A DNA stretch of 64,000 nucleotides. It comes from Phaeosaccion multiseriatum (taxonomy: Eukaryota > Protista > Ochrophyta, other classes). Location of the stretch: positions 806,001-870,000 of the forward strand of contig OZ218953.1 in assembly GCA_965112735.1 (NCBI GenBank), in the 5' to 3' direction. How positions within the stretch are numbered: the stretch's first letter is position 1; every line of letters begins with the position of its first letter. Shown piece after piece: positions 34,646-46,800 of the stretch. The notes beneath the pieces were generated by a model. That model searched no databases, had not been told where the DNA came from, and was given only the letters and a program-made list of their open reading frames with translations. A program made the translations under genes and the position numbers.

Positions 34646-36577
34646 TCATACCACCACAGACGATAGAGACGTGAGCGAGGAGCCCCCCTTGGATCCGCTG
34701 CCCTGCTGAGAAGCAGCAGCGCCATTCTCTGCTTCTGGCGTCGCCCCTCCCGCTGCAGCACCCCCCTCCTCTGCCTCCCCTTCCCCTTGCACTCGTCCCA
34801 TAGTGGCAGCCCCCCTTCTGACAAACGCTCCTGGAGGCGAAGACAAGGGCCTGGTACCAGCAGGTGTGGGGCCTGAATTACGTCTCCACATCTCCTCCAT
34901 TGCAACCCCTCCCCCACCCGCGTGTTCCCGGCTCGCACTTCCCCCACCCCAGCCCCCAACGCCATAGGCTGCCATAGGGCTCTGCCCCATCCCCGGGTAG
35001 GATCTCGCTGCAGCGGCAGCTTCAGCAGAAGCCAGGCCTGCCCCCTCCAGCTGCTGACGGGGCGGTGCAGAAGCTGTGCGGTCTGAATCGCCGCTCCCCA
35101 TCTCCTGCTTCACAGCGCCGCCCCCACCCCCGCCCCTGTGTTCCCGGCTCGCACTTGCGCCACTCCAGCCCCCACTGCCATAGGCTGCCATAGGGCTCTG
35201 CCCCATGCCAGGGTATGGCGCAGCAGCAGCAGCAGCAGAGCTACCCCCCCCCGGCCTGAAGTGCCCTGTCCCTGTCCCTGGCGTGGCAGCTGCCGCCAGC
35301 GCGGCCCGTACGGCCTGTGTTGTGGCCGCCTGGATGATGGAGGGATCCACACGCATACGCCGCCCAGGTGAGACCATAGGAATGACAGCCCGAGTCGCAG
35401 CAGCTACGGCCGCAGACGGACGGGAAGCAGCGGCAAAAGCAGCCGAGTTGTTGCTGCTGCTGCGGCTGCTCCTGCTACGGGTGGCGGTGGGCCCTGCGTC
35501 CGGCCTGTGCGCGTGACATTTGCCCTCCTTCCTCGACAACTTCTTGCAGTCTGTCTCGGAGCAGCGCTTCACAGGTGCCCCGTGGCGAACGCACAGTCCA
35601 TCCTTCTTGGCCTGCTTGTCACAGGTCACCACTCCCGCCCCGCCAGCGCTGCTGCCACTGCCTGACTCGCCACCGCCGCCACCACCGCCGCCGCTTCTGC
35701 CCTCCGCGATGACGGTGGCCTTGCACCTCTCAATCGCGGCCCCGTGTGTAATGCACACTCCGTGCTTCTTGGCAATGTTGCTGCAGCCTTCAAATGAGCA
35801 CGCTTTGCGCGTCACCTTGGCCCCATGCGCCTTGCACACACCGCTGCGCACCGCTCCGTTCTCGCACCCGTCAGTCTCGCAGCGCTTCAGCCTGGCCCCG
35901 TGGGCCACACACTTTCCCTTCTCCTTGGCGTTCTTGTGGCACCCGTCCTCCTTGCACTTCTTCTCCGCCACGTACGCTCCATGCGACTTGCACACACCCC
36001 CCTTGACGGCCTGGTTGGGGCAGCCGACTGGCGCATTGCAGCGCTTGTGCCGCACCTTCGCGCCGTGTGAGATACACACTCCTCCGCGCTGAGCATACTT
36101 TTCGCACCCCTCGCGATTGCACTCGGGCCCTGTTTTCGGTGCCTTCGGTGATCTGCAGTTTACGGACCCCTTTCCCTTCCCACTTGCCGGCAGCTGCTGC
36201 TTCTGCGGCTTCTGTTCCTGCTCTTCCTCCTCATCCTGCTGCTGCTGCTGCTGCTGCCGCTGCTGCTTCTCTTGCCGCTGCTGTTCCTGCTGCATCACCC
36301 GTGTTAGCCTGCTCTGGTTGCCCCCGGGAGCCCCCTCGGCCGCAGCCTCTTCCCGACTTCGCTTCTGCGGGCCGACTTTGCTGCCAGCGCCCGCCGCCGC
36401 GGACATCAGAATGGCAGCCGCCTCTGCATCAGCCGGGTCAGTGACCGCGTCCGAGCATCCGGCGGGACCCGCTTGCCCCCCCGCCCCGCCCGCGACTGAT
36501 CCTCCTGCGGCATTCCCCGGAGACGCCAAACCCGCGGAAGAAGAGCTCCCCTTCCCCCCCACCTGCGGGAACGCCAT
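34646..36577 (-). CDS. Intronless WRKY19-like zinc-finger repeat protein (putative transcription factor)
   Basis: About seven C-x4-C-x(7-9)-C-x2-HG units (CNREGCEKYAQRGGVCISHG, CSFEGCSNIAKKHGVCITHG, etc.) in a 658-codon open frame. Confidence 0.85.
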   Translation of the reverse strand: MAFPQVGGKGSSSSAGLASPGNAAGGSVAGGAGGQAGPAGCSDAVTDPADAEAAAILMSAAAGAGSKVGPQKRSREEAAAEGAPGGNQSRLTRVMQQEQQRQEKQQRQQQQQQQDEEEEQEQKPQKQQLPASGKGKGSVNCRSPKAPKTGPECNREGCEKYAQRGGVCISHGAKVRHKRCNAPVGCPNQAVKGGVCKSHGAYVAEKKCKEDGCHKNAKEKGKCVAHGARLKRCETDGCENGAVRSGVCKAHGAKVTRKACSFEGCSNIAKKHGVCITHGAAIERCKATVIAEGRSGGGGGGGGESGSGSSAGGAGVVTCDKQAKKDGLCVRHGAPVKRCSETDCKKLSRKEGKCHAHRPDAGPTATRSRSSRSSSNNSAAFAAASRPSAAVAAATRAVIPMVSPGRRMRVDPSIIQAATTQAVRAALAAAATPGTGTGHFRPGGGSSAAAAAAPYPGMGQSPMAAYGSGGWSGASASREHRGGGGGGAVKQEMGSGDSDRTASAPPRQQLEGAGLASAEAAAAARSYPGMGQSPMAAYGVGGWGGGSASREHAGGGGVAMEEMWRRNSGPTPAGTRPLSSPPGAFVRRGAATMGRVQGEGEAEEGGAAAGGATPEAENGAAASQQGSGSKGGSSLTSLSSVVV

Positions 36578-36908
36578 CAAAGCTCCATACTTGCTCCTCT
36601 GGCACCAGATGAGCGGCCTCACTTGCCTTTCCCCCCAATAGAGCCGTCGCGCAGAGGAAGACTTCCAGCCCCCTGTCTCTCTCTCCTCCTTTACTATTCC
36701 CTTCCTCTCTCTCTCTCCGATCGTCGACCTCTCTCGTTTTCTCTCTTCTTCCTGTTTCTCTTCACTTCTTCTCTACAATTCCACAGATCGACAAATACAA
36801 ATGGAATTACGTAGGAAAATGGCACCAGAGGGCGCATCGTTGACATAATCGCCGACAGTTGATGCATCAACTCGAAGAGGGGGAGGAAAATCAAAGCCAA
36901 TCCCAGTT

Positions 36909-39425
36909 ATGAATGCTTCGATAGCATACGTGAGAAGGCCTCGCTTACCGAGGGAGAAGCCACTACATCAGCCACAGCAGCAGCGACTCCACCAAAAAAA
37001 GGAGCAGCCTCTCACGAGAAAGAGACAACTTGTTGCCACGCAGCGCGGCCCGGCTTGCCTGTACGTCCAGCTTCTCAGTTTGAAAGAAGTAGGGGGGAAT
37101 GTAAGCGGTGCACAGCTGCAGCCGCAGCTCCAACATGGGGCGTTGCTTGTCGAGGTCCACTTGGGCAACCTTCGAGACAAGCGGGCTCTCTCGGTGGGGA
37201 GCACGGCGTCCCTCCCGTATTTTAGAAGGGGCTCTGACGGAGTTGAAGCCCCGGAGTCCTCGTTGGCCGTGTCTCTGGGCACTCGGGAAAGATGTGAAAG
37301 GTTTTCAGATGAGAGGAGACGGAGTAGCACGAAGAGGGGTGACATCAGGGACCTGAGTGGGAAACGCGAGGACGATGACGAGGAGGAGGAGGAGGAGGAG
37401 GAGGAGGAGGAGGAGGAGGGTAGGGCTGCGGGGCTGGTAGACGAGAGGGAAGGGGGGGGGAACCGAGTCACAGTCATCGACTGCCAGAGGCTCCTTGAGC
37501 AGAACGTAAGTCAGCGAGGGAGGCTCAATGCCTGAGGGCATGGGCTTCCAGCTCATTTATGCGTCGTACTTTTGTTCGGCACGATGCTTCGTTTTGACTC
37601 AATAATGATCCAGAGAGAGAGAGAGGGAGAGGAAGGACCACATCGAAGAATGATCATCCTTTCTGTGCTCCAAGTAGCGTTCCAGTTCTTCCCTTTCCCG
37701 CCGCCCGATGGACTCTCTCTCTCCTCTCCGGTGCCCTTGTGCCCCCCACCTTCTTCTCCTCCACTCTGCACCTGACAATGCCCCATTTCCTTTTCCTGCC
37801 CCCTCTCTCTCTATCCCCTTCTGAGCAACTGCACTTCCCTTTCTCTCTCTCTCTCTCTTGCCTATGCATCACCACTTACAGGGTGGAGACACGAAACTCT
37901 GCCTGCAGTGGAAAGATCAGAGCTACGAGGCTCACCTTCGCGTACGCATGGAGCGCGGTGGCGGTGGTGCCCGACCGGATGGATATGGCGCTAGCAATGC
38001 ACTTGGTGTCCAGGTCGATGATCATGATGACAAAACCGAGACCGGTGGAGACCTTGCTGGTGATGGTACTGGTGCTGGTGTTCGCGATGGAAGAGAGATG
38101 GCAGTGGATGGAGAAGGGATGGTACTGGATGGAAAAGGGATGGTACTGGACGTCGAGCAGCGGCCCGAGAGCCTTGATGAAGAGTATGAGGGTGGGGGGG
38201 GGGGGTGCGTGGAGGGGGGAGGCATCGGTCGCCAGAACTTGTGCAGCATGTTTCATCAAGGCGACGACGACAACAGCGGCAGTTGGCTATACAGCGGTAA
38301 TGGCATGGGCAGAAGCCTTAGGAGGGAGCAGAGGCCGGGGAGGAAAAGACCCCGACAGCAAGGCCGCATAATGCTGCACGTTGTCGACGCTTTGGATGTG
38401 GATGTGGCGTACTTGCCTCCACGACGGGGTGTGCGTCCTGACACTGCCACTGCCACTGCCACTGCCACTCGTACTGGCAGCGTGGGCACTCCTCCCTCCC
38501 CTGCCCCTCCCCCCGCCGCCTTCTATCTCGCGATGCAGCTTGTTTCTCCGTCTTGTCGTTGGATGAGCGAGATGGTCTGCACTCGACCTGCTACAAGGAG
38601 AGGGGGGAAGGGTGGTGGTGGAGCGGGAGGAGGAGGAGGAGGAGGAGGAGGAGAGAGAGCAGGGAGGGGAGGAGGAAGAGGAGGAGGGCATGTGATTTGG
38701 GATGAGCACTTGACACTGCGGCTCGATGTGGAGGAGGGGAAAGAGGAGATGAGGAGGATGGCACTAGATGGTGGGGAAGGAGGAGGAGGAGGAGGAGGAG
38801 GAGGAGGAGGAGGAGGAGGAGGAGGAGGAGGAGGAGGAGGAGGAGGAGGAGGAGGAGGAGGAGGAGGAGGAGGAGGAGGAGGAGGAGGAGGAGGAGGAGG
38901 AGATGGAGAGCCTAGCGCCACTCACGAGCCCTTCTTGGACAACAACAGCAACGTCAACAAACAGGCGCGCAACACGAACACGAGCAAGAACCAGAGAGAG
39001 GAGGAGGAGCGCAGTCACGTACAGCAACGAGAGCCAATCAGTGGCTTCTTGCTGCTGAGGGTCAGGCTCATGGACGCCAGAGCGAGCAGCAAAGAGACAC
39101 GCGTTGTCGCTTCCCGTGACGTACCGGTTTGGGACTTGCTCAGCCCCTCTGGTCCGGACACGCGACCTCACATCGACAGCGACGCGGAAAGTCCTGAGGC
39201 CGACAATTGTGACAGTCGTGTATGTGTACTATCACCTGCGCTAGAAGCAGAGCGTGATGGACGGAAGGGCAGCACGGTGGCGAGAGTGAGAAAGAGGAAG
39301 AGGGGGCGGTGCAAGACAGAGGCAGAAGGGCGTGGCAATGACGTGCGTCCTCCTGCGTCATCGCAGCAGCAGCTTGATCTGTTGGCAGGTCTTCTGCCCT
39401 CGCCCCACGTCATTCATCTAAACCT

Positions 39426-39467
<42 letters not shown>

Positions 39468-42400
39468 TAGTGATACAGGAGCTGCAGCTGTTCCGGACAC
39501 ACTCGTGGATGCGGTCTCGTCAAGTCAAGGGATGAGGCAAGAGGAGGGGCGCGGATGGGGGGGCAGCGCGACGGAAAGGGAGCACGAAGAGCAAGCCCAA
39601 GGGCAAGAGCGAAAAGGGGTTGTTGGAAAGACGCGCGACACAGCGCCCCCTGGGGTTGTGCGAGTGAGACTCGCGGTGTTTCCGCTCGCAGAAGAGGAGG
39701 AGGAGGAGGAGGAGGAGGAGGAGGAGGAGGAGGAGGAGGAGGAGGAGGAGGAGGAGGAGGAGGAGGAGGAGGAGGAGGAGGAGGAGGAGGAGGAGGAGGA
39801 GGAGGACAAGGACGGGAGGGAAGAAGGGGCACAATCAAACGCCCTGCCCCGTTCCGTGCGGTGGTCGCACCCTCCTCCTCAGGGAATGGGACAACTACAA
39901 AGTCAAGGGCAAGGACAAAGGGCCTACGGAGCCTACGCGGCCTACGGAGCCTACGCGGAGGCCTTCAAGAGGCGGAAGGTGGACACACGCGCTCTCCCAG
40001 CGCCAGAGGATTTGTTCCCATCCATTGACAGAGGTGCGGCTGCTGTATCACCAACTGCTGCAACGAAGAGGGACGAGTGGTCCAGCTGTCGGCAAGTAGG
40101 CATCAGCACCAGTGGCAGAGGGGGGGGGGCGAGGGGAAGAAGATTGTTGGATTTGCGAGCAGTGGATGCGCTCTTCCGAGCCTACGCGACCACTCCTCCT
40201 CCTTCAGCCGATGAGGCCACAGCTCCTTACGCTGCTACTGCTGCTGCTGCTGCTGCTGCTGATGCTGGTGGTGCTAATGGTACAGCTGCTGGTAGTAGTG
40301 GTGGTGGTGGTGGTGGTGGTGGTGGTGGTGGTGGGTATGGTGGCGTTACTGATGCACGTGGTGGTGGTGGGGTAGGGCATGACGAAGCTTCCTCTCCGCA
40401 AGAGCAAGGGGAGCAAGCGCGAGGAGAGCGTGTATTGAGCGACGAGAGTGCAGTAGCAGTTGGTGATGCAGCAGCGGCGGCGACGGAGGCCGAAGAGGGC
40501 CTCCTGCTGCTCGAGCCCTCCTTCCTCACGCGCGCCGCTCTCGCCCAGCTTTGCTTCGTCCATTTCCCGAATCTGCCGCACCCACATGCCACTATAGCAG
40601 TTGGTGATACAGCACCCGAGGCGCCCGAGGAGCCCATTACGTTCCCGGCCTTCTCCTCCTGGCTCGGGCGGTGTGCACGGCAAAGAGCCCGTTGGGTGCA
40701 AGTGGTCGGGCTGCAGCGCTTGTTGGAAGGTGATGCAGATGCAGATGGAGCCGTGGGTGATGCAGCAATTGGTGGCACAGCAGCCGCCGGCCATGACAAT
40801 GACACTGGCACTGACACTGGCACTGGGACTGACCGCCACCCCCACGATACGTTGATCACGAGAAGCAGCAGAGGCAGCGGGAAGAGCCTCGGGGGCAAAA
40901 GGGGCAGCACAGCAGGCAAGAGTGTTAGTGACGCACAAGGCAGCCTGCTCAAGACGTCCAGTGCCATCCTCGCCGCCATCGAGGGTGTCATGAGTGACAG
41001 CGGCGTTCGAGCGGCGAGGCTCGAGAGGCTTTTAAAGAGGGGCGATGGCAGCCTACAGTCGCAGCCGCTCTGCGCCGCCCTTCGGAGCACCGCGCGTGAA
41101 GTACAGCAGGTGGTGATACAGCAGCGGGGGCAACGAAAGCAGCGGAGGCAAGGAGGAGGAGGCGTGAACGGGCTCATGAGACCACAGAAGGACGTGTGGG
41201 GGGGACTCATTGAGGCGGTGAGAGCCCACCTTCGGCTCCTCGAGGACAGCCTTTGGAGGCTTGAGGCCCTCCAGCAGCAGCGGTTGGTGATACAGGAGCA
41301 GCAAGAGCACGAGCAGGAGCTAGAGAACGGCCTGGAGGAGCTCGAGGGGTGGCAGGGAATGAGCGCCGACGCCTTCGCCTTGAGGGTGCTGGATCTGAGC
41401 GCTGCGGGGCCGCTGCTGCAATCGCTGCTGGCCACCCTCAAGGGCGGGCTGAGGCAAGCCTGTGATGCCCTCCTTCGCCTCCCCAGTCGGACGTCCGAGG
41501 TGGAGGAGGTGGAGGAGGAGGAGGGGCACCGCCGTGCTCCTCGTGCCCCTCTCTCTCACGCCCTACAGCACCAGCAGTTGGTGATTCGGCACCAGCTGCA
41601 TCAACAGTTGGCGATGCTGCAGAAGCGTCGCCAGCGGTTGGACGACAATGCGCTCCTCTCTCGCCTCGTGAAGGAGGTGTCGGGGCTTGAAGCTGCGCTG
41701 CACACAGGGAGGGTGCTTGCACGCATCAAAAGGGCTGTAGCAGGGACTCGGGGCCGCGAGGACGAGGAGGAGGAAGAGGAGGAGAAGGAGGACGAGGAAG
41801 AGGCCAGACGTCCCTCTTCCGCTGCTTCAAGCCGCCACGAGCACGTTGGTGATACAGCAGGCGGGGGGGGATACGGCAGCAGTAAGAGCACTGTCACAGA
41901 TGACAGCAAGAGTGGTAGGAAGAGTAAGAGTAAGAGAAGGGGTGCCATCAAGGGCCATCCCGTCTCCGCTCTCGAGTTGGTGCGCGACATTCGCCGACGA
42001 GAGTCTGCTCCTGGTAGGGATAGTCGTCATCTGTTGACCGATTGTCGTCAGCTGTTGGCCCCCACCCCCATCCCGAGTGCTGCTCATGCGCAGACTGAGG
42101 AGGGGATAGTGTCCTTGTCTCTGGCTGGTGCTGTATCACCAACTGCTGCTGCTGCTGGTGGTGGTGGTGGTAGTGGTGGGTATGGTGATGGTGGTGATGG
42201 TGGTGGGCTGGCTGCTCTATCTACTGTAGAGCAAGACGTGCTTTGCTGTCGTAGCGAGAGGCGGGCGGAAGCGGGCGGGGGGCACGAGTTGGTGATACAG
42301 CCGCGACAACTGGCAGAGGGGCTGGCAGGGGGCGAGAGGGGAGAGCGAGAGGGCTCCGACGAGGCAGCGGAAAGGCAGCAGGGGGTTGCAGAGACCGGGG

Positions 42401-43848
42401 GAGAGGGGGGAGGAAGCGAGGAGGGGGCAGGGCACAGCCCCCAGCCGGGGCCGTTGGTGATACAGCAGCAGCTTGAGGCACTGACTGAGGCTGCGAAGGA
42501 TCGAGTGGAAGAGGATTCTTCGCACCTTCGAAAGGTCATTCGACACAGGACCCTCAAGCTCAAAGGAGCCTTCAAGGCAAGCGGTCTGGCTCTGCCAACC
42601 GGCTTTGACGCCTACTTCGGCAGCAGAGGAGGTGATGGCATGACGTTTACGGCAACTACAAGCACAAACGTGACAAATGGAGCTGACGGGCTCCAACTGG
42701 GCCAGCAGCGAGGACTGCTGCCGGAGGGTATGGTGTGTTGCCCAGTGGACGGCTTTGCTCTGCGTGTCTTTCGAGTGGCTAGGTCTGCGGAAGTCCTGGC
42801 GGAGCTGTTGGAGGTCCAGGGGGTGGGGGGGCTGGTGAGTGAGTTGGTGATACAGAGGGAGGGAGGGAGGGACGAAGGGAGGAATGGGTGGAGGGAAGGA
42901 GGGACAGATTCTCGTCCCTTCTCCTCTTCTCTGCTCCTCTTCCTCGGCAGCCGTCACCCCCAGCCGATTGTGTCTCTCCTCAGCGATGAAGCGCTGACGC
43001 AACACACTCACTCTCAGCCTCGCTCCCTCCCTCCTCCCTCCCTCTCTCCCTCCCTCCCTCCCTCCCTCCCTCCCTCCCTCCCTCCCTCCCTCCCTCCCTC
43101 CCTCCCTCCCTCCCTCCCTCCCTCCCTCCTCCCTCCCTCGCCCTCCACCCCTGGCCTGCTGTGCTCTATCTGTGACAGGGGAGTCGCGTTTCGCCGCTGT
43201 GGCTGGAACGCATCAACTCTAGGGGGTATAACCGCACCGTCGCAAGCCTCCATAGAGGTATTGTGGCAGCGGTCTTGGGAGAGGTGATTGATCAAGTGGA
43301 GGAGGAGGGGGAGGAGAGTACCATCCCTTCAACTATTACTATTCCTTCAGTCGTTGGTCGTCGTCGCGACATTGGTCTTGCTTTGGACAGCAGGAGTAGC
43401 AACAACAACGGCGGTGGTAATGCCCGAGATGTAGACAAGGGAGGAGGTCGAGAACACAACGAGAAGGAGGAGGAACAAACGGGGCTCGGCGCCGAGGAAG
43501 AGGAGGAGGAAGAGGAGGAGGAGAGGGAGGGTGTGAAGAAAGGGGATGAGGAGAAGCAGCAGGAGGACGCCTTAGCGCTGGAAATGGTGCTGCTGGTATC
43601 GTATGTGTGTGCAGGCTTCGACCATTCCGATGATGAGGGGCGAAGGCTGAGGGTGGGGGACCTTGTTGATGCCGTCAGGGATAGGAGGGAGAAAAGAAGG
43701 GCAGGAGAGGGAGGGGTAAGGGGAAGGGGAAGGGGGAGCGAGGGTGCGGGCCGCCGATATGGCCGCGGTCCCGGGGAAGAAGCATCCCCTTCTTCTTGTT
43801 TGGCGACGGCTATGGTCGGGAGGCAGCATGAGCAGTTGGTGATACAGC

Positions 43849-43887
<39 letters not shown>

Positions 43888-46800
43888 AGCAGTTGAAGAA
43901 ACAGCGGCAGAGGAGGCCTGGGGTATTCGGCGCCCTACCCAGAAAGAGGGGCATCAGCATCAACAGCTGCAACCGTGAGGATGGAGGGCGGGGGGTTGGG
44001 CTTCGTCATACTTGTGCCATTAGGGTGAGGGTGGGGGGGGGGGGGGGGGAGAGGAAGGGCACGGCAGTGAAGTATGACATGCAGACACGGGTGCTCGACA
44101 TAAAGTTGGTGAGACGGCGGCAGAGGGACGTACACTTGGCAGGGTTGGCTTCAGTGCCAGTGCTGCAGAGGATGGCAGTGGAGGGGGGAGAAGAAGGGTG
44201 GAGTTCAGACGGGAGGCAGGGTGGGGATGGGGAGGTAGAAAGGTCTACAGAGGGGCAGAAGCAGTTGGTGATACACCATGGGAAGGGAGGGAAGGACGAG
44301 GGAAAGCGCGTCGACATGGAAGAGGGTGAGAAGGAGGAGATGGAGCAGGAGAAGGAGAAGGAGGAGCAACAGCAGCAGCAGCAGCAGCAGGAGCAGCAGC
44401 AGGAGGAGGAGGAGAGGGAGGAAGAGGAGGAGATGGTGTCTGAACATGTCTTGTTCGTAACGCTCGAGCAGAGTCTGACCCCCACGAGTGATGGACTGTT
44501 GGAGCAACTGCAGGCCTACCAGAGAGAGTGGCTGCTAGGGCTCTGCCGACAGGTGGTGGTGGGGCTCGTTGAGGCAGTCTGGCAGAGGACGGAGGAGCAT
44601 CACGAGTTGGTGACACAGAAGACTTGTCTGGCGACGGGGGTTGTCGATGCTGTACTGCAAGAGGTGTTGCGGAGAGTGGTGGAAAAGGTGCTGGAGGAGG
44701 AGGAGGAGGAGGAGGAGGAGGAGGAGCAGCAGCAGCAGCAGGAGCAGGAGCAGCAGCAGCAGGAGTATGAGCAGCAGCAGCAGCAGGAGCAGGAGGAGGA
44801 AGAGGAGGAGGAGGAGGAGGCGAGGGAGGCGGAGGAGGAGGAGGAGGAGGAGGAGGAGGAGGAGGAGGAGGAGGAGGAGGAGGAGGAGGAGGAGGAGGAG
44901 GAGGAGGAGGAGGTAAAAGCAGCCACCGCAGCAGCGCTCTTTGGAGTAGTGGATGCGGTAGTCGAGGCGGCAGGGGAGGAGGATGACGCACAGGGAGAGG
45001 AGGGCGCGTGGCTTGAAGAAGGCCAGGCGGTGAATAGAGCTGCTCTCCCTGCTGCTACTGCTACTGCTACTGCTACTCCGAATACTATGGCTACTCCTAC
45101 TGGGGCCAACGTTATGACGCCGGGCAAAGAGGAAGCCGCTACCGAGTCTGCCGGGCGTCCTGCTACTGTATCACCAACGGCTGCGGCAGCGGCGGCGGTG
45201 GTGGCTGTATCGCCGACTGCTGTGTCCCCTTCCCAGCCGGCCGAGACCGAGAACGACACCCCTTCCCTCCTGACGGTGGCCTCTCCCTCCTCTGCGTCCC
45301 GACACCAAGTGGCAGTTGACCCCCCCTCCTCTCTCTGCTTCAATTGCCTTGCTCTGATGGACGCCAGCGGGGGAGGGCCCTTCAACATTCGCCGCCGCAA
45401 GTCCATGCCTGTCCAGGTCAGCACTTATGCTTACGAGTTACTACGAAGTACTAAGGATATACAAAGCGAAGCGAAGGCACGAAGCGCTTCCTTCCTTCCC
45501 TCTCTCCCTTCCCCCCCTCCCTTCGTTCCCTCCCTCCTTCCTTCCTTTCTTCCTTCCTTCCTTCCTTCCAATGCCTTACAAACACATCACCTCTCCTTAC
45601 GCCGATCCCCTGTCACCATAACCTCACGTCCCGTCAGATCCAAGTGGGTCCCCATGGTCGTACCATCACTCGTGTCGACGGTTTCGCCGGCCTCTGCCCT
45701 CCCCGATCCCTCCACCTCTCCTCGGCTGACATCGACGGGAAGGAGGGGCAAGAAGCCATCACGAAGGTGTTGAGGGGGCATGGGCTCTCCCTTGAGGAGG
45801 TGGTGCAAGCCTTCGACCCTGAGGATGACCTTGGTGATGCAAAGGTAAGGAAGGGAGGGGGGGGGGGTGATGAATCGTGCGCACACACACACATACACAC
45901 ACACACACACACACGCACATGCGCATATCTCCACCCTTGCCCTCACCGACACACTCAAACACACACCCACACTCACGTACTCACACGCCCACTCACACTC
46001 ACACACTCAAACACATACACGCATACACGCATACACGCATACACTCGCACTCCCACCCCCACAGGTCATGATCAACGCCCTCGCGAAAGCCATTTGTGAA
46101 CTCGACCCGAGCATGCACAACCGCGGTGGCGAGTCTGCCGTTTCAGAAGTGCGAGCTCACTTGCTACACGTCCTGGAGCCTCGGCCCGAGTGGAGGGAGG
46201 TCAGAGTCACGCATCAAGCAGGAAAGGGCTGTGTGGAGGTGAGGGTCTTGCTCAACAACGGCGGCGATGCAGGAGCAGCCGGAGGAGGAGGAGGAGGAGG
46301 AGGAGGAGGAGGAGGAGGAGGAGGAGGAGGAGGAGGAGGAGGAGGAGGAGGAGGAGGAGGAGGAGGAGGATCAAGAGAAGCAGGAGGAGCAGGAGGAGGA
46401 GAAGGAGGAGGAGGAGAAAAAGGAGGGATGGAGGTGGCGAGGGAGGAGGACAGAGACGAGAAGGAGGAGGAGAAGGAGAGGGAGGAGGAGAACGGACATG
46501 AAGAGGCCAGCGAGGATGCGAACGTCTTGACATTCTCCTTTGACACGCTTGAGAACGAGGCGGGTACAGACTGTGCTGCAGACAGCCCTGCCCAGCCCTA
46601 CTCACATCAGGTGTGGACTCGACAAGCATGGCCCATTCTGGCTAAATCAGCACGAATGCCCGCTTCAGCCAGGGAGGTCGCAGCTCTGCTTCTCGACCTT
46701 GATCTCTGCGAGCTGCTCGAAAGTCTCCACAGCAGCTCTGTGGGCGGCGGTATGGGTGAGGGTGATGGTGAGGGTGAGGGTGATGGTGAGGGTGAGGCCG

